The translations under genes and the position numbers were made by a program. From Octopus sinensis (taxonomy: Eukaryota), in assembly GCF_006345805.1 (NCBI RefSeq), contig NC_042999.1, forward strand, positions 65,410,001-65,474,000: a DNA stretch of 64,000 nt, given 5' to 3'. This document shows, one piece after another, positions 11,448 to 25,685 of this stretch. The stretch's first letter is position 1. Each line of letters begins with the position of its first letter. Under the pieces are notes generated by a model that was not told where the DNA came from, made no database searches, and worked only from the letters and a program-made list of their open reading frames with translations.

Positions 11448-11448
<1 letters not shown>
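11271..11448. mobile_element. (TA)n-flanked short fold-back element
   Basis: 14-bp arms CATCGGACAGTTTT / AAAACTGTCCGATG (11354-11387). The left arm equals the reverse complement of the right arm with an internal deletion. Confidence 0.65.
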
Positions 11449-11488
<40 letters not shown>

Positions 11489-11507
11489 CATACATACACA
11501 ACACACC

Positions 11508-11561
<54 letters not shown>

Positions 11562-12271
11562 ATATAGAGAGAGAGATGAGAGAGAGAGAGGAGAGAGAGA
11601 GAGCGATAGAAAGATATAGATACATGTATATGATTGTCCCCCACCATCGTAACCTTACGGTTCGGCAAAAGTGGCCGATAAAATAATTACTAGGCTTACA
11701 AAATATGCGGTGTTCCAGCATTTCTGAAGTCAAATGACTGAAAGAAGTAGAAGAATAAAAAACATATATATATATACAGTTATAGAACATGAGATAGTTA
11801 GAGAGTACATGATGTTTATTTGGTTAGTTTGTTTGAAGCATCGCGGGCAAGGCGACGTTGGTGCTCTGCCCATGAATGTATATGAGAGAGAAAATAATGA
11901 GATTGATTCAAGAGATGGAAAATAACAAAAAGTTGATGAATAAAGATGGGAAGAACAAACGAATCAGACACACGCTTACATAAAGACACAAAAAGACACA
12001 TACATACACGCAGAGACACAGACACAGACACATACACAGTAACACACACACACATACTGACACACCCTGACACACACACACATACATACACAAACAAACA
12101 CACATATAAATGTTTGTTTATATGTATAGTCAGATAAAACAGTTACACACACCTAGAAGATCGTATATAGACATGTTATGCATAAACACGCATATATATA
12201 TACAAACACACACACACACACATATATATATACATATATGTGGGTGGGTGTGTATGTGCGTGTGGGTATAT

Positions 12272-12420
<149 letters not shown>

Positions 12421-12591
12421 TACATATTATATACATATATATATATACTGATAAAAATGGTAAGACAACAAAAGAATGAAAGTGACCTCGATATTATGTA
12501 AATTGAGGAATTTATCTGTAAATATATGTGACAGCCAAACTCGAAGTTTTATCATGGCTAGCCGATAATTGTCACATATATATGTATGTAT

Positions 12592-12668
<77 letters not shown>

Positions 12669-13825
12669 TTACTTGGAGATATATATATATACACACCCCT
12701 GTATGTGCACGCGTGCGTGCAATTTTGCGATTGTGTATTGTTGTGCATATTTATGAAGATTTTAGATTTGAACTCTTTGGCATGAGTCATGATTTCTTCT
12801 TACATCCTAGGCTGTCTTCATTGGGTATGTAGACAAGTAATCATCCAGAATATTGCTTATTAATACTTTGCTTGTGATAGGCAGATGAGTGTATGATAAA
12901 TCTTCAGAAATATTTCCAAAGTCTCGTATGGAACATTAGTGTCAAATCATGACTACATTCGGTTAACTTCTCAGACATCACTTATAACCTCAATAAGTCC
13001 CCTGTTTTGTCCTTATAGAAAGTTCAATTGACCTTTACAGGACGTACACACATCGTCAGGCTATTCATGTTGTGTCTTAGACAATTCAGCTTAAACTATT
13101 TCTATGTTTCTTTTGGAACACACCGCTAAAGAATCTGTATTTGCAAAAGCTTTACAATAGTAAAACGATACATTAAGAAGCAGATTCATCGACCAAAAAA
13201 AAAATATATATATCCATGAACACTACTTCCTACAACCACAATGTTTAGTTAAAACCAACATTAGACCAATGTGTGTTCTACACAGTAGTTAAATGTGCTG
13301 GTTTCTTTTACAAGAATATCTTCTACAGAATAATAAATATCACACAACTATTTCTAGTAGTTATTTGAAGGCACCTCATTCAACAACTCCAAAGCTTGCA
13401 CAATATTTATACAATACGTATGCAATCTTCCAAATATTGAAATTGCATTCCTACATTAACATGTGTATGTTTTCAGAGGTGTACTTCAAAAGGAATTATT
13501 TATTCAGCTACTGTTAGTACAAACGCGGTCTCTGTAACATACACTGGATTAACAGCAAACTTATTTCAAACGTCCATTATTGCCAACACTTGAAAACATT
13601 ACGCTACTAACTGAGGCGTTTAGGTATGATTTTATCGAAATTTGTCGGGAATCGAAAATCGAAATCCACGAATGAAAACATTAACTGTAAAACTAATTGT
13701 TCTCCAATATCTTTTGGTCTATGTCTAACAATCCATAGCAATAATTTTTAACAAGAAATTACTAAAATATTTCGTTTTGGGATTTGGTTTGCATGATTCT
13801 TTATGTGAGTTCGTGTGTTGAAGCA

Positions 13826-14056
13826 TATTCTGTTGTGTCTGAGGAGAGTCATTTTCTTTTTGTGCCTTATAATTTAACACACTCACTGGTAAAATTTCCC
13901 CATCTTTCTTTTTTTTTCTAAAATTTCCGTTGCGTCTTGCAACCTTTTCAATCGTCTTGGAAAATAAAAATAAGAAATAAGTGGAAATTTTACCGGTGAG
14001 TGTGTTAAATTATAAGGCATAAAAAGAAAATGATTCTCCCCAGACACAACAGAATA
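13826..14056. repeat. Inverted repeat, 74-bp arms (MITE-like)
   Basis: 13826-13899 vs 13983-14056 show 4 mismatches, all transitions. Confidence 0.8.
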
Positions 14057-17000
14057 CTGAAATATTACTTTGTCACTAGTCTCCCTTAATCATATTGGTG
14101 GTGTCTACTCACTTCAGTCATTTCAAACAATTTATACACACTCAAATGTGATACCCGCTTCCGAGAGTAACCCTCACTTTTAAATATGATAGTTTATGAA
14201 TATTAAGAAACCACCATGTTTTCTATATCTGTATATAATGGTGTGCATATTGCTGAACAGGTATCTCAAATAGAGAATCCCTGAACTGTATTGAAAATGT
14301 TCATTCTTCCTCTGAAGAAAGTGAATCAGTCTGGTCTGTTCTCTGTAGGTAAATCGGTTGTTACGTAACCCAGTTCACCTCTGATAATTAGAACATATGA
14401 AAATCTATCGTCTGGTTATAAAAGCTGTAAATCACTCGTCAGTTCCTCAATGTTTGCGGAGCTATTCCTATCCACTGAGCAACATATGTCTTCAACGGTG
14501 GACGTCATTTTCTCCCTGCCCTATATATCTCTATCTGTCTTGTTATTCTTACACCCTGTTGCAGGTTTTATTGTAGTATTCGACCAATATTCACTATCTG
14601 GTTCTGATGTACGTTTGGTAAGGCAATCACAACAATCCTTCCTCTGTATAGCGTTCTAATCCGAGAGAAGCTTTCTCATAACTCATTGGAAGGTAGTAAC
14701 TTGTTAATATTTCTGGAACATTCTATATCCAAAATTTTGGATTTTCAGTCTCTGCTAATTCTTATTTTGCTATTGGGTCTATTATGGATTATATCAGGCA
14801 GATCAGTTTTCTATGGATTCGTGTAGTAAATATTATTCATATAATTGTTTGTTAATGTTAAAATGTTTTGTATTTAGTTAAGTGCTTTTCAGTTATTACT
14901 TTTGTTTTACTCACTGTTCCACGTTATTCGTAATCGATTTCTGCTCACCCACGTGTCACAGGATGCTCGTCTCAGTTTTATGGTTATCGCATCGGTGGTG
15001 GGCCGTATTTACGATATTCTCATGGAAACATTCACTGGTAAAGACATGTTCTTATTTCCTATGTGATTCTGGTGATTTGTTGGGTTGGGTTGGTATGCAA
15101 TATGTCTTCAACACAGGATAAATTTTCAGTTTGCAAAGAACTATCTTTGCAAACTGAAAATTTAGATCCCACTCAGTTGTCAATCTTCAAAAGTAACCTA
15201 ATGAAAGATCTTCCTATTCGTTTTGCTGAATTGGTCCTGATATTGGGTCAATTCGATGGTCACAAGGGATTTAATTTCATACATCCACAACCTGTAATAG
15301 CTGCCCCTAGTCTCCTGTGCAGTTACGGATGTAGGTATTAATAATCCCACGTGTTGAGCTTCAGAAAACCTTCACCGCTTTATTTCTCTTACGATGTCCT
15401 ATAATAAAATGTGATCTTCGCATTTGTTTTCTAAAAGTAGATAACTGAATTTTCTTTACCAGGCATATATTAATGGCAAAATTTCTTGACAATAGTATTC
15501 ATTACAGAAATATGAACAGTACATTTATACTTACTTCCCTTATACTGAGGTAAATTAATTCGGCGCCATATTGTACGTATGTAGGTATGCATATATTTAT
15601 GTGTATATGCATGTATGTTTATTTACACACATACTCAATCATGCACACACTCACGCACACACGAATTCACGTATATATACGTCTGTGTGTGTATCCATGG
15701 CTTACATTAAAAATTATTGATCTTTTATAAGGGCTTCACATCCATAATGATTATTGAAGCTCCATTCTGTTATTTAGGTTTTCCATTCTATTATTTAGGT
15801 TTATTCTCTATGTTGAAAAACAAATAGTGCATCAGCCATTTCAAAGGGTACTATAAAAACCAATACAAGCTTATTGATGTGACACCCGAACAACTTTTGC
15901 TGCATCAACTAAAAGGTCATACGGATGATTGTGGAGACCCAGTTTCCCACTTTCTTTACGTAGCTTTATAACAGCTCATAGTTGCAGAATCATTCTCTCT
16001 GTTTTTCTCTCCAACATTTTAAAACAAAGAATTCTTTGATTTATCGATCTGCATACCTTCTGTTCCCCCATTTTATTCGTCACTCCTGCTTTTTTCTCCT
16101 CATTTATTTTTACTGTTACTATCTTCAAATATTCTATAAATCTATAATCGCCCTATTCTTCTCTGAAAGTGTCATTCCCTCGTATATATTCTTCCTGTTA
16201 TTTCATCGTAGTTGTCGACCTACATGAAAATAAACTAAATACAAACTATCTCATCTGTCTCATCAGAATTGCTTGGAAATGCTTCTATGTATGCACCTTC
16301 TACTCTTCTAAGCAACAAAACAAAATTAAATATAAGCATCTTGGAGAAATTCTAAATACCATTATAAGAAAATCTAAAAAATGCTTTTGTATGCGAATGC
16401 ATGTGTCCTTTCTTTCCCTTTCTCTCTCTTTGTCCCTCTCTCTTCCTAGCGAACTCACATACACTCAGATTGTTTTAGATATCAGTCAATATTAAGATAA
16501 ATGAATGTAGAAAGACGGTAGAAATATATTATTGAATATGTTCTCCACATACTTAAAGGTGTATGCTGTCATTTAAGAGAAATATTTACCCATCATGTCT
16601 AGCACCCGTATGATTATCGCCTAGATTTCATTCCACTATGTTTTACATAACAATAATACGTTCTACACGAGCAAAATACCTGCCAACACATACACATAAA
16701 CGACTGCCAACACTTCTACAAGCAGAGTAAAAGTGCTTTGAAAGAAATTGTACGGGAGTAAAATTTCTGAAACGAACTGTAGTACAAATTGAAACGAACC
16801 AACAATGCAACAAGGTTCACATTCCCTCACCTGTGTACTAGATTAAGGGTAGAAGTGTATGGGTAATATATCTAGGCATTTACATTCTAATGCACTCAAG
16901 TAGGAAGTAATGTTTGAGATACATCACTGAAATTGATGCAAATCCATCTGTTGATAGGGAAAAGGGGAAATTAAATATTGCGTCGTTAAGCTTCTTGTGG

Positions 17001-17220
17001 TACAGACCTAAAACTAACCATTAAATATACGTTAATATTAGGATATGAGTATGTATATTATTCCATACAATCATACAGAAATACACACAAACTACGCATG
17101 TAGGCATGTAACATAATCACAACCTACACATACAAGTGCATCACGACAAATACCTACAAATATATGTGTGCATGTGTGTGTGTGTGTACGTGTATATATG
17201 TATATATATATATATTTCGC

Positions 17221-17281
<61 letters not shown>

Positions 17282-17325
17282 CATACATATATACATACAC
17301 ACGTATTCATGTATGCCTATTTATA

Positions 17326-17366
<41 letters not shown>

Positions 17367-18096
17367 TATATACATATTAGTGTATGTATGTGTACATCCT
17401 TATGTATATAAATGCACCCTTATGTATATAAATGTGTGTGTGTGTGTATGTATATATGTATATGTACATATGAAGTTTCGCACACAAGTAATTATATGTA
17501 CACATACACAAAGAATAAGATAAATTGATAAATAGATGGATAAGCATAAAAGTTGATAACATTATAGATAATAAATGTTATATTTAAATATGAGTATCTG
17601 TGTGCACCTATGCGTATATGTATATGTGTGCTCTCACGTTTGTAAGCGTGTGTGTGTGTGTGTATGTGTGTTTGTTTTCTTGTGTGCATGAATATGTGTA
17701 TATAAGTGTGTGAATGAATATGTAGATGTTTAGATAAATACCTGTCAATACTTCGCTTGAATTTACGAGGATAATAAAGTACAAGCAAATGCACAGGCGA
17801 ATACACTTACTCCTCTTTCATAATAGTTGATTTCTCTTCGGAAACGCTATTTTATCATGCCGCTATAATGTTCCATAAAACTATACTATACCATGTTAAG
17901 AATTGCCATTCTCTTCGCAGTAACAGAATTTTCCTACAAAGAATTCAAAGCACTTATAATCAATTAACACATTTATTTGAAATATTAGCGAAGCCATCAT
18001 GTATACACACACACACATACATACACACATATAAAATTAGGTGTATGTATGCCATGTGTATGTATATGCATGTATATATAAATAGATATTCACATG

Positions 18097-18151
<55 letters not shown>

Positions 18152-18922
18152 GTACACTTTATGAATTTACATATATATATGTATGTGTATGTATATATAT
18201 ATATATATATATAAGTGTATATATACATGCATATCTGTACTTATATACCTTATATATATATGTATGTATATATATATGTGTGTGTGTATGTGTGTGTGTA
18301 TGTATGTGTAAATGTACGTTTGTATATCTCTATACCTATATTTCTGTGTATGTGTGTTTGTATAATTTTACCCTATATATAAAATGTGTGAATGCTCCTA
18401 TGTATATATTCATACATACACTTTACATAAAGACGTGTGTATGATAGTATGTATGTATATATGTATGTACGTATGTATGCTTGTATGTATGCATGTGTGT
18501 GTGTGAATATTTCTATATATAAGCTTAGATGTGAAAACAAAGTCGAATCTAAATTATACAGAATTAGAATTAATCTCGTATAAGCATTTCTTTGAAGTTG
18601 TAGATGAAAATTAATAGTCCGTTTCGGAATAATTTTATATGCTGCCTAAGTGTTGATATCACTTCTTCCTACAATATAAACTTGCAGCATTATGTATTAC
18701 ACATTTGAATATACATTACGTCGTAAATATTAATTTAATAATATTTCTCCCCTCTTTTCAAGCTATAGATAACCCAAGACAACTTGTCTTTGGTGCCGTG
18801 CTGTAAGATCGAATTCGTAATCATGATGTAGTGTCGCTTACTTCTTAAAACGCTGAGCCATGTATATTCTTTTGAATAAATAGGTTTTCTTAAATAAAAC
18901 AGAACTACTGTTACGGGTATAT

Positions 18923-19210
18923 GAATAGCCTAGTGGTTAGAGCAGCGGACTCGCGGCCGAGGGATCGCGGGTTCGAATCTCAGACCGGGCGATGTGTGTG
19001 TTTATGAGCGAAACACATAAGCTCCACGCGACTCCGGTAGAAAGTAATGGTGAACTTCTTCTGACTCTTTCGCCACAACTTTCTCTCACTCTTTCCTCTT
19101 GCAGCTCACCTGCGATGGACCGGCGTCCCGTCCAAGTGGGGAAACTATACGCCAAGGAAACCGGAAAACCGGCAGTTATGAGCCAGGGGTGGCTGTAGAA
19201 GATTAACAAA
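18923..19210 (+). mobile_element. tRNA-derived SINE, family C (full length)
   Basis: A-box TAGTGGTTAG and B-box GGTTCGAATCT. The body matches the minus-strand copy at 32981-33268. Confidence 0.88.
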
Positions 19211-19933
19211 ATGTAATACATTTATATTTGCTGTGTTGGGTGGAAGTCAAAAGGTTGCTTGTGCTTTGGGGAGAAACGAGAGCGAAAAGGTGAGTTAAGT
19301 GTAATTGTTTCAAGAAGGGAGTGAGAGTAATAACCTAGAGAAACTGAAAAAAGTTTTTGCTGAAATACTTGAACGAGAGATGAGTGTAGATTCTATGTAA
19401 CCGAGTACACCAATTTCTAGGGTGAAATTTGAGCAGGGAGGATGTCCTGAAAAACGGATATTGATTGCCGATAGGAGTTCAGAAATTTCCGTCTCAGTCC
19501 GATATATGATGTGTGATTCGCGTGAAAGCAGGAGGTAATATGTGGGACCTTCTTTTGTTAGGATAACTAGTGAAAGAGTATGCCACGTGATTTGGGCTTA
19601 TATTTTCTAATCATACGGGCAAGTAAATGTAAATGTGTGGGAAATAACATGTCTGGAGGCCGTAACCGTCGCCGCCCAGAGATCGAACTCCGCTGAATGG
19701 ACTCGACAGTCAGATGGTTTTGTGAAATCGGGAATTATGGTGCGCTTACCACACACACATACACACACAAACACATACATACGCATACACACACACAGAC
19801 AAAGGTAGAGAATCTTCTACGTCCTATTTAATGGGGTTACATTAGAAACAGGAGTGTAGAGTAACTGCAAATGAAAAACGAAATAGAATACAAAAATAAA
19901 ACAGCAACACCTGACACCACAGACAGTTGTAAC

Positions 19934-19934
<1 letters not shown>

Positions 19935-20004
<70 letters not shown>

Positions 20005-20014
20005 TAGTAGTAGC

Positions 20015-20053
<39 letters not shown>
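19935..20053. repeat. (ATT)n-(AGT)n compound microsatellite
   Basis: Directly visible. Confidence 0.95.
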
Positions 20054-20704
20054 TGAGAGGAATCTGCATAAAGTTTTAGTAGGGAGTGGAGTATTACATC
20101 CTAAAATTTGTACGAAATTAGTAATGTGATTGACGTGGTTCTACTGACCGTTACGGCAGCTGATTTCGCTGCTGTTGTGCTGTTACAAAAGAATATAAAG
20201 AAGAAATTTTCGTCCCCCGTGCTGCTAACACAGTAGTTCTCCAGATATTATAGTTCTTTTTTATTGTGATTCAATGGAATGCTTTTGTTTTATTTGCTGC
20301 TGTTGCTGAGGTTGTTGCTGTCGTTGTTGGTCTTCGACAACCAGAATTACCGTTGTTGTTGTTCATATACAAACTCTGATAAAAAAAAAAGGGTGAGAAT
20401 ACAAGAATGCTAAAAATGGTAATATATAAACATAGCTGTGTTTAATCATTCTAGCGGTACAGGTGCATATTGAAATTCATCAGCAGAATGTGTCAGACGA
20501 AACCTTATATGTATATTGTTTATCGTTAATAATGTACTTTTTCAGAGAGAGGGAAGATCCATCTTAGATTATTGCCCAAGAGTAATACGTAGCTTTGCTG
20601 TGACAACTTGAATGATACGAAGGGATTCGAACCCGAATCGCCGGTTCCAGAGGCGCAGGAATACATGACCACACCAATCTGGCACTAGCTCGAATTGGGG
20701 AAAA

Positions 20705-22005
20705 TTAAGCCATATGAAGTTGGCCTTTGTTCCTCCTAGACCAGATCCAACTTGAGGCCGTCTCCGCCGCTTCTCCCATGGCCCTCAAGGTTCTTGTCCT
20801 GCTTCTTCCAGAGATGGACAGCTGCTTCATGAGGCTGTAGGCAGATGAGCCTACAAATCCACTGATGCCAACCGCGACTGCGGAGACTTTGGTTTTCAGT
20901 TCAGCATCCGTCGGGTCTCTGGCTAAGTCGGCGTACTTTTCCTGTCTTGTAGACATGAGCGTCTTTACTCCTGGTTTCGTAAGCATTCTGGGAGTGGAGC
21001 ACTATGTCGGGTCTCGAACCGGCCATCTTGATGCCCCTGGGTAGTCGTTCCACACTGAGAGATCTGCAGTGCACTCCCAATCTTCTGCTTCACTCAGAAG
21101 GCCTTGTCAGCAGGATTCGAGTGGGATGTTTGTAGCTGGCAAAGTTTTTTTGCCTTCTGCCGCATGAAACCATGTCTCAGGTTCTGTGCGTCATCCTTTG
21201 CTCTTGGTCGTATTGAATTAGACCGCTTCAGCAAGCTCTTTCAGCACTTGGTTGTGCCTCCAAATGTATCTCCTTGGAGTGAGGACTGCTTTGCAAGAGC
21301 TGAGAACGTGCTCCACTGTCTGTCTTACGCTGCCGAGCGGACAGGAGGGGGTCCTCAGAGTTACACCATTTTAATAGGTTGGCATTTGAGAGTAGGACGT
21401 CATACACTGATCTTAGAACGAAGCTGATCTTGAGTGGAGCCATGTGCCACAGGTCGTTCAAGTTCAGGCGTCTTTGGAGAGCACTTTGCCATGTTGTCCA
21501 TTGTCCCTGCTGACTTTGCTGCACTGTCTTCTGGAGCCTTCCTTTGTTTTGTCTTCCCTGATCTCTTGGATCACCAAGTTTTGTCTTTGCTTTTCCTTTT
21601 TAGAAGATCCTAGTCCTTGTTTGTTGGGTGAGTGTACCCAGTGATTTCTCTCATCCTTAGGCTCTCCTTAGCTACATCTACAGCTTCCTTCCCCTTCCAC
21701 TTCCTGCCTGTTTTCAGCTCGAGTTGGACAGCTCTCACGATCAGGACTGTTGAATCTTCAAGCATGCTGATGTGTCTGGCTTTCCTGTCTTATACTCTTC
21801 CAGGATTGACTTTAAAGAAGCTTCAGCTTTTCCTGACGGCAGTAGAGTGCGACGTCTGTGAGACTGGGTGGGATGCCAAGCCATTTCCTCGTATACTTGT
21901 TGATTTTTGTTTCCATGGTTTCCACTGTACTCGAGCAAATGTCGTATATCAACAGTGGCCAGAGGAGTTTGGTGAGCTGGCAGAAACGTTAGCACGCCGG
22001 GCGAA
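20705..22005 (-). mobile_element. HERO-like non-LTR retrotransposon (RLE type), 5'-truncated
   Basis: Fragments LLWPLLIYD..INKYTRKWLG; QQGQWTTW..VYDVL; CPLG..TVEHVLSSC..YIWRHNQVL (CCHC-like); KYADL..AAETASSWIW. These match recalled HERO-clade motifs. Confidence 0.8.
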
Positions 22006-22009
22006 AAAG

Positions 22010-23260
22010 ATAATTGTAAAAGATTTTTGAACGACTGTTTCATCCTTTGGGATGAAAACATAGATAACCTCCTGGAGTTCGAAAGACTCTTTAATAACAT
22101 TAACACAAATATACAATTTACAATGGAACACAACCAAGAGGAACTCCCGTTCCTAGACATAAACGTTAAAAAATAGCAAAAAATAGAAGCGGGCACATTT
22201 TACAACGATACAGACACTAAACAGTAACTATTATTTAGATTATGCCATCCGAGACGTATTAAAACAAATATCTCCTTCAACCTTGCAAGAAGGATTTTTC
22301 ACTATAGTGTCCGAAAGGAATACAAGAGAACTAAGACTGCAAAAGCTTAAAAACGTACTCATTGACAGACACTACTCAATTCAACTCATCGATGATGCGA
22401 TTAAACGTGCAAAATCGATTGACATAAAAACATTATGAAAAGTCGAAAACAATCACACACCTAGTCTGGAAATACTGACTAACGTTTCGATACACAACCC
22501 TAGAAACAATGAAGCATTTAATATCATTGTCAAAAATCCCCCTACACTCCATAATGACCCCCAAACTGAAGGGAATCCTGCGTACGCATAGGATTCATTA
22601 AAAGCAATAAACAACCAAAGATATTATAGAAGATTCTCTCAAATGCTAAATTATTCTCAAGAATAACGGACTCAAGAGTAAAAAAATGTGGTCGACTTAA
22701 CGGCAGAACATGCACCAATGTTTTGGAATGATCAGAATTTAAACCAGGGCAAAAATTCAAAATTAAAATCCAGCTTCACTTGAACTTGCCATAAAGACTA
22801 TATAGGTTCTATAGGAATGTCACATAGACGTAGATGAGCAGTCCACAGACAACAGATCTCTTCCACACAATATCCCCAGATGCATCTTAGTGAACACATT
22901 GACAGATGTGCAGACCAACTACGATCACAATTCCTAATCTTCCCATTATATTAGGGAGCTACCTGGACCTCAACACACGTGCGACTAAATAAAGAGGCCA
23001 CATTTTTAAAAAATGTAAGCCAGAACTAAATATAAATTCATACTGAAAATTACAGATTCACCACTCCTTTACTGAAAAATACCTTGGTAAAAAATACACC
23101 GCACTCTCCAGCAAAAAAAATTCTCATTTCGAATTGCATGTAACACACAAAGATTGAAAAGCTTCAGCGAAACCGGTTATTTGATTAGAGGAAAACATCT
23201 TATTATGTAAAATATTGGATAATACTTTTCCCATGACGATTTACACATATTCTTTTGTCT
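22010..23260 (+). mobile_element. Penelope-like element, 5'-truncated (RT C-terminus + GIY-YIG + 3'UTR)
   Basis: KRFLNDCFILW..QFTMEHNQEELPFLD..CHPRRIKTNISFNLARRI..THNPRN..KKCGR..VHRQQI..NKEATFLKKCKPELN, with many stops. Confidence 0.88.
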
Positions 23261-23302
23261 TGTAAAATATATATTTTTTCCTCTTATTTCTTTCCTCGTA
23301 CA

Positions 23303-23367
<65 letters not shown>

Positions 23368-23419
23368 CACATGCACACACACATATATATACATATATCT
23401 TGAGCGCCAAATCCACCAG

Positions 23420-23550
23420 TTTTTTATTCTCTCTCTGTTTATTTCCTCTTATACCTTTACGTTTAAGACCGTTCGATCGAAACGCAAAAGACATTGTCAC
23501 TTTCCCGACCGTCAAACTAAAACACTTGCTTGTTGTTTATACATGTCTTC

Positions 23551-23555
<5 letters not shown>
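23420..23555 (+). mobile_element. Short PLE-type tail (same family as 10305-10450)
   Basis: CCTTT..AAGAC/GCG..TCGAAAC..AGAC..TTCCCGA.CGT.AAACT..GTTGTTTA.A is shared with 10305-10450. Ends in (TA)n. Confidence 0.55.
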
Positions 23556-23606
<51 letters not shown>

Positions 23607-23689
23607 GAAGGCATTACATGTGCACATCCATCGCTAAAATTGAAAGTAAAAAATAGTTCTGTTCCACAGAATAGCCACAATCGTTGTCG

Positions 23690-23872
23690 ATTTTTTCCAT
23701 CCGATTCTCTTTCCTATTGGACTGTGTTCTCTCTCTTGTTACTGCAGAAGAGATTTACTCTAAACGTAAAACCACCTTTCTCTCCTACCCTGAGAGTCTG
23801 CTAATACTTTACATGTACCACGTCCTCGCATTCTGGTATTTTTGTGTTTGCACTTCTTTCATTTCGATTTAC

Positions 23873-23875
<3 letters not shown>
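23690..23875 (+). mobile_element. Short PLE-type tail (same family as 45075-45258)
   Basis: CTGCAGAAGAG..CTCTAAACGTAAAACC..CCACGTCCTCGC is shared with the 45 kb copy. Ends in (TA)n. Confidence 0.6.
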
Positions 23876-23915
<40 letters not shown>

Positions 23916-24254
23916 TTGTGTGTGTCGGTGTGTGTATGTGTGTGTGTGTGGTGGGGTGTAAGACTTATCTTTCTGCATAGATGTGCGTCTATATTTATAC
24001 ATACATATCTATACACATATACATGCAGGAGTGCATATAAATATAGATTCGTACATATATACATGTATACACACATACATTCATTTTCTCTCCATATGTG
24101 TGTGTTTGTGCGCCTGAAAGCGACATAGCGTTTGTGTAATATATCATCAGATATAATCTCCTAGAAGACTTATATTAATGCTACTTCTGAAAATCTTGCT
24201 AGCTTTGGATAATTTTAAATAATAGCGTTATCTCTCCTAAATAATGCGCCATAT

Positions 24255-24349
<95 letters not shown>

Positions 24350-24425
24350 TATTAATACAGAAATTATAAGATTCTCGTTAATGTTGAAAGTCTTATTTAC
24401 GGTAATTCTTCCATTATTACTCCGA

Positions 24426-24481
<56 letters not shown>

Positions 24482-24787
24482 GCTTGTATGTATAAATATA
24501 TATGTATGTGTGTTTGTACGTACATGAATATATTGAAACATAAGTATACTGATCTACTATGATTAATGTCTATAAGTATTCAATATTCCGAATATATATT
24601 ATAAATATATCATTTTCAACGAATCAGTTAGTGTTTTCGTTTTTATACTTCTTAGGTACATGGAGTACATTGACAATATAATCAAAGTAAATGCACACTC
24701 CAATTTACACGTCAAAAGCTTGTGTACACGCCTTCCTCTTCGCACGAGTATATTTATTCATCTACACATATAGAATGAAATACGGAT

Positions 24788-24855
<68 letters not shown>

Positions 24856-25125
24856 CATGTGTATGCGTATATATATATATTATCCTTACATACATACATG
24901 CATACACACATACATACATTTTGCCGTGTATATATACATACATATGCATATATATATATTTATATATATCCATATACATATATATATATATTATATGTGT
25001 GCATATATGTATGTACATATGTATATATATTCATATATATACATACATGAATACATACACACACATATATGTATGTATATATATATATAAATGTATATAT
25101 ATATGTATGTACATATATATATATA

Positions 25126-25166
<41 letters not shown>

Positions 25167-25620
25167 GTATATATATAATTATGGCGCTGTGAGTATTGTA
25201 AGATATTTCATAGTTTCCAACAATAAGCTGATCTCTATTCTCTTTTCCTTTCATTTTCGTACATGTGGAATACCTGCTTGAAATATAATTAATTTGAAAT
25301 TGTATTCAATTGTGTTTATGGCTTCCTCTTATTTACACATTTCTGCGAAAAGACAGGGAGAATAATATTTAAGTTGCTTAAATTCTTTGTCAATAGCATA
25401 CACATGAAATGAAAGATATACATGAAAGCATAGAAATGTCCCCTAATTCTAACATATAGTTACTTAGACACTCATATGCAAACAAAAATACGCATATATG
25501 GACATATATATATCTGTGTGTGTGTGTGTGTGTGTGTTTGTGTGTGTGTATATGTGTGTATGTGTGTATGTATATATATATATATGCGTATTTGCGTATT
25601 TACATTTGTATATATATTTA

Positions 25621-25677
<57 letters not shown>

Positions 25678-25685
<8 letters not shown>

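Noticed and set aside
12780-15340. Possible decayed retroelement coding fragments
   Set aside because: Too many stops and no unambiguous motif to assign a family.
18923-19000. Functional tRNA genes at SINE heads (also 31167, 57994, 60396)
   Set aside because: No complete cloverleaf or acceptor stem, and each continues into SINE body or microsatellite.
20465-20510. Hammerhead candidate
   Set aside because: CTGATGA and GAAAC lie on opposite strands.
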